Positions 1-12,986 of a stretch of DNA of 64,000 nt are shown piece by piece. How positions within the stretch are numbered: the stretch's first letter is position 1; each line of letters begins with the position of its first letter. Under the pieces are notes generated by a model. That model saw nothing but the letters and a program-made list of their open reading frames with translations. It was not told where the DNA came from and searched no databases. Source of the stretch: a bacterium (GTDB lineage Bacteria; UBA8248); contig CBDATS010000004.1 in the NCBI GenBank assembly GCA_965200245.1, positions 32,001 through 96,000 of the forward strand, given 5' to 3'. Made by a program: the position numbers and the translations under genes.

Positions 1-1105
1 CGAACCAGAGGGAGAGGTTGAGAATGACGCCCACTACCGCCGCCGTAATCGACTCCAGCGCGCCCCTGAGCCTCGGCTGCGCCGTTAGCTGTTCGATATA
101 GGGCGAGCCTGCGAATATCCACAGGAAACAGGGCGCGAACGTGGACCAGAGCGTCACCAGCGCGCCCGCGATTCCCATGCCCACGCCGCCTGCGCGATAT
201 CCGGCGACGTAGCCGACGAATTCCGTGACCAGAATCAGCGGCCCCGGCGTGGTTTCTGCAAGCCCCAGGGCATCCATCATTTCACCGGCATTCATCCAAC
301 CCTTGTCGGCCACCACGTCCTGCGCCAGGTAGGCGAGCCCCGCATAGGCGCCACCGAACGAGACCATCGCGAGGCGGGAGAAGAAATGGCTGATCTGCAC
401 CAAGGCGTCGTAACCGCCCAAAGCTGCCAACAAGAGAATCGGCGCCCACCAAACAGCCATCCACAGCGCGACCGTCCGCACCGTGGCGGAGGTCGACACA
501 CCGCCCCGCACGCTTGTGGATTTTTCGGCGTTCCCGCTGCCCAGGAGGAAGAATCCGATGAGGCCGGACGCCAGGATGATAAGGGGAAACGGGACCGAGA
601 GAAAGAAAATCGCCACGAAGGCCAGACCGGCGACGACCCAGTGAACCACAGAGTGGAGTGCCTTGTTCGACACCCGCAGCAAGGCTTCCAGCACGATGAC
701 GAGAACCGCGCCCTTGATCCCCAGAAACAGCGCGGCCATCAGCGGCAGGTGGCCAAAGTCCATGTAGACCGCTGCCAGCACGAGCACCACCATGGCGCCC
801 GGGACCACGAACAACATGCCCGCCAGCAACCCGCCGGGCACGCCGCGAAGCCGCCAGCCCGCATAGGTGGCAAGTTGCATTGCCTCGGGGCCAGGCAACA
901 GCATACAGAAGCTGAGCGCACTCAGGAATCTCGATTCCTCGAGCCAGCGCTCTTCCTCCACGAGGACGCGGTGCATGAGCGCTATCTGCGCCGCCGGGCC
1001 GCCAAAAGAGAGGATTCCGATGCGCCAGAACACGGCGAACATACGCCGCCAGGGAATCTCCGGTTCACGGTGCGCATGTTCGCCGCCGGAGTCTGCGGCG
1101 TCCAT
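1..1105 (-). CDS. chrA: Chromate efflux transporter (CHR family), 3' end outside window
   Basis: Manual translation from ATG 1105: IGILSFGGPAAQIALM...LLPGPEAMQLATYAGW, second repeat FGGAYA...AETTPGPLILV...ALESITAAVVGVILNL. Absent from the ORF track because no stop lies in the window. Confidence 0.9.
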   Translation of the reverse strand, partial: MDAADSGGEHAHREPEIPWRRMFAVFWRIGILSFGGPAAQIALMHRVLVEEERWLEESRFLSALSFCMLLPGPEAMQLATYAGWRLRGVPGGLLAGMLFVVPGAMVVLVLAAVYMDFGHLPLMAALFLGIKGAVLVIVLEALLRVSNKALHSVVHWVVAGLAFVAIFFLSVPFPLIILASGLIGFFLLGSGNAEKSTSVRGGVSTSATVRTVALWMAVWWAPILLLAALGGYDALVQISHFFSRLAMVSFGGAYAGLAYLAQDVVADKGWMNAGEMMDALGLAETTPGPLILVTEFVGYVAGYRAGGVGMGIAGALVTLWSTFAPCFLWIFAGSPYIEQLTAQPRLRGALESITAAVVGVILNLSLWF

Positions 1106-1177
1106 CAAGGCCCTCCCTCCCTGTATCCCTTTAGCGGACTGGCACGCGAGTCTTTCCTCCGGTGGCCTGCGCTTCCC

Positions 1178-1621
1178 TTAGGGCAACACCTTGATGGAGA
1201 TGGTCGCCGCCCACCTCTTTCCGTAGGAACGGTGCAAACCGTCTGCGAACTGCATCGTGAGGTTGTAATCCCCCGGTGCGAGCTTGACGGAGGCTTCCGT
1301 CTGTCCCTTGCCGTAGTGCAAATGCGTGGCGTCGGTGGGGATTACCTTGCCCTTGCGAAAGGGCCCCTGATTTAGGAGTACATGGTGATGCCCGGTGCCT
1401 TTCACCACCTTGCCCGAGGGCTTGATGATCATGCCCTTCATGCCCATCACGACCTTGACGGGGCTTTTCACCTGTGCGCCGTCTTTGGGTTCGATGAACC
1501 AGACGCCGTTTTTCATCTCTTTTTTCATTCCTTTTTTCTCAGCCCCTTGCGCATATCCTGCAAACGACAGAGACACCGCCATGACGAAAGCGAACAACCC
1601 GAAGAACACCCGTCTGCTCAT
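1178..1621 (-). CDS. Secreted DUF4399-family protein
   Basis: Signal peptide, then WFIEPKDGAQVKSPV, GTGHHHVL, HLHYGKGQTE, LAPGDYNLTMQFADGLH. Start moved to ATG 1621 behind a GGAG RBS. Confidence 0.75.
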   Translation of the reverse strand: MSRRVFFGLFAFVMAVSLSFAGYAQGAEKKGMKKEMKNGVWFIEPKDGAQVKSPVKVVMGMKGMIIKPSGKVVKGTGHHHVLLNQGPFRKGKVIPTDATHLHYGKGQTEASVKLAPGDYNLTMQFADGLHRSYGKRWAATISIKVLP

Positions 1622-1779
1622 TTCGGACTCCTTTCCGGCTCCCGCCCGGAGAGCCTGCAAGAGATATGTGGAAGACACGACGTACGAAAATGATTGGAAC
1701 TATTCCCCCGCAATATACCGCATACGGCAATGAAAATTCGAGTCCACGAAAAACGAGGGGATTATAATCTATTCATCTT

Positions 1780-1836
1780 TCGCTATTATCGAAATAATGC
1801 GATTTGATTGCGCAAAGGATCATAATATGTTACTTT
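1780..1836 (+). promoter_or_regulatory. Putative abiE promoter with upstream inverted repeat
   Basis: TCGCTATTAT-CGAA-ATAATGCGA near-palindrome (1780-1802); TTGCGC-17 nt-TACTTT (1808-1836) just before ATG 1843. Confidence 0.45.
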
Positions 1837-1842
1837 TTGCAC

Positions 1843-2646
1843 ATGAAAAAGAATTTTCGTCGACTAAGCGCCAGTAACTACATTGGCAATCTTGCTTCTG
1901 CTGGAAGATATCACTTTACATCAAGTGACGCCCTTGAGGCGCTTGGTGTGTCCGCCAACGCCACCAAGGTTGCCTTGAGACGGCTGGCTCGGCAAAATCT
2001 CATCGCACAGCCCGGGCGTGGCTTTTATGTAATTGTCCCGCCCGAATACCGCTCTCTTGGGTGTCTGCCAGGGGACCAGTTTATACCGGCGCTAATGCAA
2101 CGGAAAAAACAACTCTATTATGCGGGGCTGTTGTCAGCCGCACAATACTACGGCGCGACCCATCATCAGCCCCAGGAATTCCAGGTGTTGCTCAACAAGG
2201 CACGTAGGCCGATCCATTGCGGCCAGGTGCGCGTGACCTTTATCCTCCGCAAGTGCCTTCGGAGTGTTTCCGTGCAAACTTTCAATTCACCTCGCGGCAC
2301 GATCCTGGTGTCGACACCAGAAGCAACAGCCGTCGATCTCGTCGGTTATTACCACCACGTGGGTGGGCTCGACCAAGTGGCGACCATCCTGTCTGAACTT
2401 GCAGATCAGGTCGATCCCCAGAAACTTGTGATGGCCGCTCAGACCGCGCCAATCACGTGGGCACAAAGGCTTGGTTCCTTATTTACACTTGTCAAGGCTT
2501 CCGAGCAGGTGGCCCTCCTGAGAGCTTATATCAGGAGCGAAGCCCGGCGAACGGTTCCGATACTCCCAGGGACATCCCAAGAAGGAGCGCCTCGCGACTC
2601 GGACTGGAAACTCTTCATCAATACCGACGTGGAACCAGACCTATGA
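1843..2646 (+). CDS. abiEi: Type IV TA antitoxin, AbiEi family
   Basis: N-terminal wHTH-like region, GFYVIVPPEY, YYAGLLSAAQYYGATHHQPQEFQV, VSTPEATAVDLV. Stop overlaps the toxin start (ATGA). Confidence 0.85.
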   Translation: MKKNFRRLSASNYIGNLASAGRYHFTSSDALEALGVSANATKVALRRLARQNLIAQPGRGFYVIVPPEYRSLGCLPGDQFIPALMQRKKQLYYAGLLSAAQYYGATHHQPQEFQVLLNKARRPIHCGQVRVTFILRKCLRSVSVQTFNSPRGTILVSTPEATAVDLVGYYHHVGGLDQVATILSELADQVDPQKLVMAAQTAPITWAQRLGSLFTLVKASEQVALLRAYIRSEARRTVPILPGTSQEGAPRDSDWKLFINTDVEPDL

Positions 2647-2860
2647 TCCCGCGTGACTATATTACTGCATGACGAGCCCAAGTACCTTGCGTCCAGGATT
2701 GCCAAGTTGAACAAGACCTTGTCATCAGCCGGGCGTTGATTTCGATTTTCACTCACCCGCTTCTAGCAGAAACTCTGGCTTTCCGGGGCGGCACAGCACC
2801 CTACAAACTCCACATCCATCCCCCACGCCGGTATTCCGAAGATCTCAATCTTGTCCAAAT
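2643..2860 (+). pseudogene. abiEii: AbiEii nucleotidyltransferase toxin, nonsense mutation and truncated
   Basis: MIPRDYITA*RAQVP...QVEQDLVISRAL...LAFRGGTAPYKLH...RYSEDLNLVQ. TGA at codon 10; homology ends at the IS remnant. Confidence 0.85.
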
Positions 2861-3171
2861 CTGGTGCATAGCCGTCCTGAATCCAGCGGCCTCCCTGCCC
2901 GTTTCATTTTCGTTTAACCCATTGATGAACCTCACATCGGCGATCACGTCGGTCAGATGACGGAAGCCCCGTAGCCCGCGCCATCGTTTCCCGGCACTCA
3001 TGGCGAACTGCTGCACGAGACTGAGCGCCGTCCTTTCGCTCAAACAGCTCCTAGTCTTCGCCGTTTACAAGTGGATGGCAAGAAGGCCGACTCGATGGGA
3101 TTCATCGTCCGCAGATGTCCCCGGTGCGTCGCCCGAAAGTCGAAGTCATGGAAGGCGAGGAACTCCTCGCG
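2850..3171 (-). mobile_element. IS256-family transposase C-terminal remnant with right end
   Basis: REEFLAFHDF...HLRTMNPIESAF.../...AGKRWRGLRGFRHLTDVIADVRFING (frameshifted), followed by an end-like sequence TGCACCAGATTTGGACAA. Confidence 0.75.
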
Positions 3172-3220
3172 GAACCCCGCCTCCAGGGCCAATGAGATTT
3201 CGAATTTTCCCTTGTCTGGC

Positions 3221-4615
3221 TCATTCATGAGCGTTGGCACCCTCATTTATTACGGTTGCGGTCCCCAGACGTTTGACTTTTTCCACTGTCATTCGTTCAT
3301 TTTCCGGTTTATCAAACGTCCGCGTCATGACCCCGGCAACCTTGATCGGTCGGCGAACGGCTCCAGGATCAATACCTGCCCGAAGTGCGCAAAGAACACC
3401 CGCTGCCTCCCAGTAATTTTCAACGATATGGAGTTGGCCGGGTCGCCAAGGTAGTATCTCCAGGTTGTTCTTCATGAGGTTCGCGTTTTCGCGCACAGCG
3501 ACCACGCGAATGCCTTGCTCCAGTGCGGCCAGTGTGGGAAGTCCCACACAACCATCAGGAATCACCAAGCATGAAACGTCACGCGCCGATATGACACCGG
3601 AACCGGACGGCTTCATAACTATACGCGGGCTTTTATGCAATCCTTTCAGAACGCATTGAAAGAATGTCAGTGAAATCGCTTCTGCGGCCATGCGGGGATC
3701 CACCACTCCCGGTTCCATATTGGCAATTTCGCGCGACTCGAACATCGGGCAATGGGCTGACGGCACGTTGAACCTGTCGGATATGGCATGAGTGAGCATG
3801 GCTTCCACTCCACCCCACGGATTGACCATATCTCCGGCTGCGTCGAAATATCCCTGATGGAACTCATGGGGAACGGAAATAACCGATGATATTGCTACTG
3901 CATCATATTGCCCCTGCTGTTCCTCAAGAATTTTAAAGAGACGTTCAAGGCCAAGAATTTTTCCGCTGGCTGTACCAATGGGATTGAACCCCGCTTCCAT
4001 CACCAAGGAAGGAGAAAGTTTGACTATGCCGGTGCAAATGAAACCACATGACGCCCTTGCCGCGTTCACTGCATTTATGGCGGCGTTCACAAAGAAATCG
4101 TCACGGTGGTCATCAATAATCACCAGGAGACGATTCGCCCGCGCCGGAACGAGACCGACAGTTCCCATCATAAGCCGGGCAATAACGCTTCCCTCGACAT
4201 AGAGCGAATTTGATGGCATTTCATTGATGTCGGATGCGTTCACCACGTTGGGATGCAGAATCAATCTGTCGCAGGCCTCGGCGAGCAGTCGTGCTGCAGG
4301 CGTCGCATCTCCGGCATGGCCTCCAATCTCTGCCCCGATGCCGGTCGGAACCAGAAAAACGACATTGAATTGCTCTGTGTTCTCGTATTCGCGATGCACA
4401 AAGTTAAAGACAGACTTGTTTGGAGCACCATCTGGTGAAGCCGCTTCCAGGCCGCTGACCAAGCATTTTGCATGGCTTTCATCTGAATCAGTGATGGCAA
4501 ATCTGAGGGGCGTGATACCAAGTAACCGGACCTGGACGCTCTCCCTGATCTGCGCGAGTGGATTGGAACTGCGCAGAGATATCGGCAAATCGGTTGTATG
4601 TTCTCGCAAAATCAA
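3221..4615 (-). CDS. DUF3326-family protein with N-terminal extension
   Basis: VPTGIGAEIGGHAGDATP, ILHPNVVNAS, YVEGS, NPWGGVEAMLTH, VDPRMAAE, LKGLHKSP, VVAVREN, VENYWEAAG. TTG start placed 1 nt after the upstream stop. Confidence 0.8.
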   Translation of the reverse strand: MILREHTTDLPISLRSSNPLAQIRESVQVRLLGITPLRFAITDSDESHAKCLVSGLEAASPDGAPNKSVFNFVHREYENTEQFNVVFLVPTGIGAEIGGHAGDATPAARLLAEACDRLILHPNVVNASDINEMPSNSLYVEGSVIARLMMGTVGLVPARANRLLVIIDDHRDDFFVNAAINAVNAARASCGFICTGIVKLSPSLVMEAGFNPIGTASGKILGLERLFKILEEQQGQYDAVAISSVISVPHEFHQGYFDAAGDMVNPWGGVEAMLTHAISDRFNVPSAHCPMFESREIANMEPGVVDPRMAAEAISLTFFQCVLKGLHKSPRIVMKPSGSGVISARDVSCLVIPDGCVGLPTLAALEQGIRVVAVRENANLMKNNLEILPWRPGQLHIVENYWEAAGVLCALRAGIDPGAVRRPIKVAGVMTRTFDKPENERMTVEKVKRLGTATVINEGANAHE

Positions 4616-4616
4616 T

Positions 4617-5006
4617 TTATGTCCTTTCGACGAAGGTCTTTTTGATTGATGCCGCCGTGAAATACCGGCCTGCAAACTTCTCAGCCGTTTCCGGCTCAAA
4701 GGGTTTGCAGGAGAAGATGTTGATGTAAACGGTTCCCAGAAGATCAAGCGTATGTATGACGATGGAACTCGTCAGGATGAAGCATACGGCGGATGTGCCT
4801 TTCGTGTGTGGCGAGGTCTGCCGTTCTTCTTCCGGGACATCCAGGTCATCCCAGAAATGAACCTCACACTTTTTCATATCGATCAGATCACAAATATCGG
4901 TGAAGAACCTGTCTATGCTGTTCCGATTGAACATATCGGTATCGCATCCATGAAGGTCGAGTATGAGTTCATAGCCATATAACTGGTCTGCAGTCATGCG
5001 ATTCAT
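4617..5006 (-). CDS. S-adenosylmethionine decarboxylase-like (pyruvoyl) proenzyme, divergent
   Basis: GYELILDLHGC...GTSAVCFILTSSIVIHT...VYINIFSCKPF follows the class 1B AdoMetDC pattern; 129 aa. Confidence 0.7.
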   Translation of the reverse strand: MNRMTADQLYGYELILDLHGCDTDMFNRNSIDRFFTDICDLIDMKKCEVHFWDDLDVPEEERQTSPHTKGTSAVCFILTSSIVIHTLDLLGTVYINIFSCKPFEPETAEKFAGRYFTAASIKKTFVERT

Positions 5007-6203
5007 CTAATATCCCACAGTTTTACGAACACTCTGAAACACATTTTCCAGTCCCATGCCAGCAACTACTGCCCATAGGATGGAAAGATACACATCGCTG
5101 AAACTAGGCTCCTTCAAATTCGGGACAATGGATCCAAGTACAATCAACCCGCCTGCCAATGCCGAGAAAACCAAAATGCCAGCCAGCATACCAAGAGGAG
5201 CCCCGAGCACTATTCTCCATAGCTCCCGTTTCCCGGACATGTGACCGATCTCCACTTCTTGGGCGTTCTTCAGATTAATCAATGCGCTGGCAACCGCCCC
5301 CGCAACCCCAAGCAAACCCCAGTCCAAGATGTCCAAACGACAACAGCAGCGTGCGGAACCCTGGGTAGAACAAAGTAAAGGCAAAATGCCCATTAACATG
5401 AAAACAACGACCGCGACCGACCCGCAAACCCTTATACTTGAGACAATCGTTGAGCCTTTGGCCCAATAAAGTTCGTAATCCGCCACATGCTCGAGGAGTC
5501 CCCGGAGACTTGCACGGAGTTCTTCAGCTTTGTCATCCTTTTTCTCATCAACATTGTCCCCTTTAATCCTACCCAACTCAGATATGGCGTCCTTGATTCT
5601 CTTGGAAAAGCCGTAATAGTTATCGACATCATAAGAGAATGCATCCCCCTCCGCATACTCCTTCAGTTCGGCGAGGCCTGTTCGGGCCCGTTCTTTGAGG
5701 TCTTCTAGCTTGAGGAAGTCAATCAGAAGACATTCCAGCGGAAGAACCTGAAATTCGGTCCATCCTTGAGGACCCAGTTTCTCGAGTCGCTTCACTTCCT
5801 CATCGAGCTGGATACGCTTCTCAGTAAAGTTGGCGGGGCGATCAGAGTCAGTCAATCTAGGTTGAACATGCTTTGCTTCCTGTATACGCATCTCGATTTC
5901 ACTTCGGTCCGCTTTCCGCACCTTATGAACACGTATCTCATGCAGAATCACAAACACAGTCACCAATCCCGATAAAAATCCGATCAGGGCGAGATAAAGA
6001 CACCATGTGCACTCCAGACTGGTGGCAGGGCCCGATAGAATACTGATGCAGGCCCAAATGAGATAACCGATACTGACAGCCATTAAGACTATGGCGACCC
6101 GAAAAATGAAGCGACTCCGCGGAGTCAGCCTGGGGGGAAGTTCATCTTCCGGGTGTTCGGGTTGCGGTCGATTCATTTCAGTTTTATTGAGTTCGTCCGG
6201 CAT
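5007..6203 (-). CDS. Hypothetical multi-pass membrane protein (2 TM, helical soluble domain, about 4 TM)
   Basis: 398-aa ORF with hydrophobic segments near residues 32-87 and 260-390; stop abuts the next ATG. Confidence 0.8.
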   Translation of the reverse strand: MPDELNKTEMNRPQPEHPEDELPPRLTPRSRFIFRVAIVLMAVSIGYLIWACISILSGPATSLECTWCLYLALIGFLSGLVTVFVILHEIRVHKVRKADRSEIEMRIQEAKHVQPRLTDSDRPANFTEKRIQLDEEVKRLEKLGPQGWTEFQVLPLECLLIDFLKLEDLKERARTGLAELKEYAEGDAFSYDVDNYYGFSKRIKDAISELGRIKGDNVDEKKDDKAEELRASLRGLLEHVADYELYWAKGSTIVSSIRVCGSVAVVVFMLMGILPLLCSTQGSARCCCRLDILDWGLLGVAGAVASALINLKNAQEVEIGHMSGKRELWRIVLGAPLGMLAGILVFSALAGGLIVLGSIVPNLKEPSFSDVYLSILWAVVAGMGLENVFQSVRKTVGY

Positions 6204-6384
6204 TTATCGTCTCGGTTGAGGAATTTTCCGTCAGTTGGCAACATTCAAAAACAAAAAGCCACTGTCAGAAATCGCTTGGGAAAACAATACCCTCACGTTG
6301 CAATGTCAGTGCTCGGCAGGGGCGCTCAGACAACCCGTTGCCGGATTCTTCTGGCATACCTGCCTCCAGCTTTCTTCAAGCAAC

Positions 6385-6975
6385 TCAATACCTTTGGATG
6401 CCACTCATCACACGCTTGATAAACTCTGTGAAGGCCGAGATGTCGCTGATGTAGTGGCGCCAACGCCCCTCCTCGATGAGTTCCCATGAGTAACGTTTCT
6501 GCCACAAGATGGTGTCCTTGTCGAAGTACGCAAAAAAACCCTTCAAATTCGAAATGTCCCGGTTCGGGGGACCGGATGTCGAGGGTGAAGCCGACGCCGT
6601 GTTGATGAACGCAATCAGTTCGAAGCCGTTTGGTAGAACACTATTGCTTTCCTGATATGCAGATTCAAGCTGCTTCTGGAATTTCTCCGGAATTTTATCG
6701 TACAGATCGGTCAGCAAGTGGGAGCGCGGTATGGTGATTTTGTTGAGCAAGAGAAGCAACTTCAGCATTAACTTCAGAGACGTCGCAAGGTTGAAATGGG
6801 AAACCGTCTTCATTGACACCCACATGTCATGGTGCGTTCGGCCCTTCATGCCCGGCACGTCATCATAGCTGCCACTACGTATGCCGTGACGTTTGATCTC
6901 CGACTCGACGTGGACGGCAGTAGTCCGGAAATCGTGGATGTTGTCGTACAGAAGGCGATATGCGGTAATTTCCAT
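6385..6975 (-). CDS. Hypothetical protein, HEPN-like
   Basis: ATG 6975 after GAGGA RBS; SLKLMLK, SHLLTDLYDKIP and KRYSWE resemble HEPN hallmarks. Confidence 0.5.
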   Translation of the reverse strand: MEITAYRLLYDNIHDFRTTAVHVESEIKRHGIRSGSYDDVPGMKGRTHHDMWVSMKTVSHFNLATSLKLMLKLLLLLNKITIPRSHLLTDLYDKIPEKFQKQLESAYQESNSVLPNGFELIAFINTASASPSTSGPPNRDISNLKGFFAYFDKDTILWQKRYSWELIEEGRWRHYISDISAFTEFIKRVMSGIQRY

Positions 6976-7688
6976 GATGTTCCTCTCACCCGAACGATTC
7001 CGGGTTCGGGCTTCAGCTGGCACAACCACAACAATCGACTCTTTAGAGCAGGTGTCGGCGAGGGTGTTATTTTTCCACAGGAGTTCCCGCAACATAGAAC
7101 CGGACAGGGTCGCGTATGATCTCTTCCCTATAATCCACATTCGCCTCAGCGCCCATTGCCTACCCCTCCATCGTGCGGCCGCAACAGAGATTTTACGCAT
7201 CCCTGCCGCAGCCGGTCACTCATGTGCATATCGGGCACTAGCGTAGAAACCCTTCTATAGATGGAGGATAAAGGCATCTATTCTGTCTTGTTTTTCCTCA
7301 AAATAATCTTTGAAATCCTCTTCAAAATAGATGGGTTTGCAATCCTCAAAAAGCTCCAGAAGATAGTCTACCTTACCTTCTGAATTATTAGGAATTCCCT
7401 AATTTATAAAGACCGGACCGAATCATTGAAATCGTCACCATTACTAAGTCGAAATATTTTCAGATGGATGGCAAATGGCTTGCCTTCAGAATTTTCCCCG
7501 AACAACAAAATCAGAAATTTGCAGGGGTTGCTAATGGACGGGCAAGGTCAGCCTGAAGTGGAGAGAGGAGGCTACCGACTGGGCTACCGCCGCGATTCGT
7601 TCGAAAGGGTGTCCATGAGAGAGTAGTACGACAGACCGCGGAAAATTCGGTTACATCCGTTTTATATAAACCATATTCGCGCACATGC

Positions 7689-10826
<3,138 letters not shown>

Positions 10827-10879
10827 GCCGTCATTCCGGATGATTTCAACACGAACCGGGCCCGCTCGCGCCGCAACAT

Positions 10880-11329
10880 CTAATAAGGACTCATACAGTG
10901 GAGCCCGAGGCCAATGCAGGCATTTGGAATCTTGATTTTGCTAATGGTATCAGCGGGCACTTCGTGAGTGACGACAGTGCAGTTGTGAGCAAGCGCGTGC
11001 GCGACAAGCCAGTAGTCGGCGACCTGCAGAAAGGTCGTGACCGCGGCAGGCTGGTATTCATTGTCGCTCGCCCAATCGCTGACAGTGCGTAGCGCCAGTA
11101 CTACCGCGTTATCCGGTCTCAAGAAGAAGTCGCCACCGCGTGCCTCGGCCCAATCCGCCAGTTCGTCTCCCCCGACATGTAGCTCGTCAGCGACTTTCTC
11201 GATGCTCGCAACCTTTCCCACACGGTTCTGCTCGACCAGCCAATCCCAGAAAGCTGGACAGAAATCGAAACCATAGTGCAGATTCTTGGCCTGGATGAAA
11301 ATATTTGCGTTGAGGATATAATCGGTCAT
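10880..11329 (-). pseudogene. DUF4411 PIN-like protein, premature stop
   Basis: YILNANIFIQAKNLHYGFDFCPAFWDWL, ADYWLVAHA, IKIPNAC; continues [17 protein letters not shown]. The first acidic PIN residue appears as Asn. Confidence 0.75.
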
Positions 11330-12481
11330 TTCATCACCTCGACTTCACGCCCAAGATTGTTAAAGGTTTCGGTCCTGGAAACTCCAAGCATCCGAAAGGC
11401 GTCTCGATAGAGCGTTTGTCCTTCGAGCGTACTCACTACAAGCGCGCGGGCGAACCGGCGACTCACACGCGCCAGCGTCATGCTATAGAAATCGCCGCCT
11501 CCGCCTCCGCCTTGAGAGGAGGTTCGCAGACGTTTGATTTCTTCTGTCCAAGCATCCTCAAAACACTCGCGGGTCAGCCAGCCTGCATCAAGCAAACGTC
11601 TCAGAATGACCAACGTGCTAACCTTGAAAATCCGCGCCAGACAGGACAGGGCGTTTTGGAGCGGTTCGCCGTCGCGAAGCCTGGCGCGAAGATCCGCAAG
11701 CGGCACGAGAAGCTCCGCCGCCACGGCGTTGCACCACACCTCCTCATGTCGGAAACCCGGTCCCGGCACGGTCTCAAGGATCGACAAAGCTGATGCTCCA
11801 AGCCAGATATGCGCGAGTTCATGGGCGAGCGTGAACATCTGCGCAGCCTTCGTGTCCGTGCCGTTGACGAAAATCAGCGGCGCGAGGGGATCAGACAGCA
11901 CAAAGCCGCGAAACTCGGCGGGATCGAGACGCCGGTGGTTGTTATTCATCACAACCCCGCTCACCATGACGAGCACACCGGCCTCGTCGGCCTGGCGGAT
12001 GAACAAACGCAAAGCGTCGTTCCAGTTCGGACACTTACGGCGGGCCGCGACATCGAAGCCGAGCGTTTCGCGCATTTCTGGGGCGACGGTTTCAGGCGGC
12101 GTTTCGATCGTGGCGCTGCCGACGAAGCCCGGTTCGGGCTGACGGGTGACCCGGACGAAATTCCGATACCAATTTTGCCGCTCCTGACAGGTGTAGATCG
12201 TGTCCAGGAGGTTCGGACTCGGGCGCGTTACGGCCTGCCCGGCAAAGGTTCGGAAGTCCGGAATGGGCACGGAATTCCTCTGGTGGCTCCGAGAGGAACA
12301 GATAACCGACCGGCGCATGGACAGCGCGTGCGAACGCCTCCACCTGCTTCAGGGTGGGCTGCTCCTGGCCGGCCTCCCACACAGGCAGCTTTTTGAATTT
12401 CACCGCCATATCTCTCTGTGCAACCCCGGCGCGCTCGCGTGCCCAGCGGAGGAGTTTGGGATTGACAGGGACACGGATCAT
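11326..12481 (-). pseudogene. XRE-HTH plus ImmA/IrrE metallopeptidase, frameshifted near 12275
   Basis: MIRVPVNPKLLRWARER...PVGYLFLSEPPEE in one frame; PIPDFRT...FTLAHELAHIWLG...CNAVAAELLVP in another. Confidence 0.85.
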
Positions 12482-12986
12482 GGGCGATCACCTATTATTC
12501 GTGTTGCGAGCTGGCACCGGAGAGATTCCCATAAAGGAGCAAACCGCAACAACAAGGCACCAACCTAGAATGGTATTTCATCAATATCAATGCTCTCGAT
12601 TCGGTTTCCTTGAATGACATAATCTTTCCCTGTCGTCCTTTACAGAAATTCGTGCAGGCGCCAATGGTCATTATCCGACATATGGCATGCTCCAGAAAGC
12701 TGGCTATTCTCTGCATATCCATGCTTGATCCGATCGACTTCATCGCCCGAAAGATGATTGACGATACCATCCATAAGGTCAAAACCGGAGCTCGGTTTCA
12801 GCAAAGCTTAGCGACGCCCAAAAAGCGTCTATCAGCGCACCTTGCAGACACTCCCTACCTAGTTCTTCATACGATATCCTTGCGATTTCAGGCACGGATT
12901 TTTCTGGATTCTCAAGTTTACCTTGCACTGCTTGCAAATCCCCGATAAAACCCTTCGGGTCTTCAGTCTGTAACATTAGGGAATCA

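Noticed and set aside
2670-2672. TGA in abiEii (and in hsdS at 17757) as selenocysteine
   Set aside because: These positions correspond to Trp, not Cys, and both genes carry other lesions.
6279-7077. Imperfect 17-bp inverted similarity (GGGAAAACAATACCCTC / GGAAAAATAACACCCTC) around the HEPN-like gene
   Set aside because: Short, mismatched and without a target duplication; could be chance.
7250-7500. AT-rich coding-like stretch (GIPNNSEGKVDYLLELFEDCKP...) on the minus strand
   Set aside because: No start, interrupted by stops and not assignable to a family.
12495-12976. Two short minus-strand ORFs
   Set aside because: Probably one decayed cassette gene, but there is no motif to support a call.
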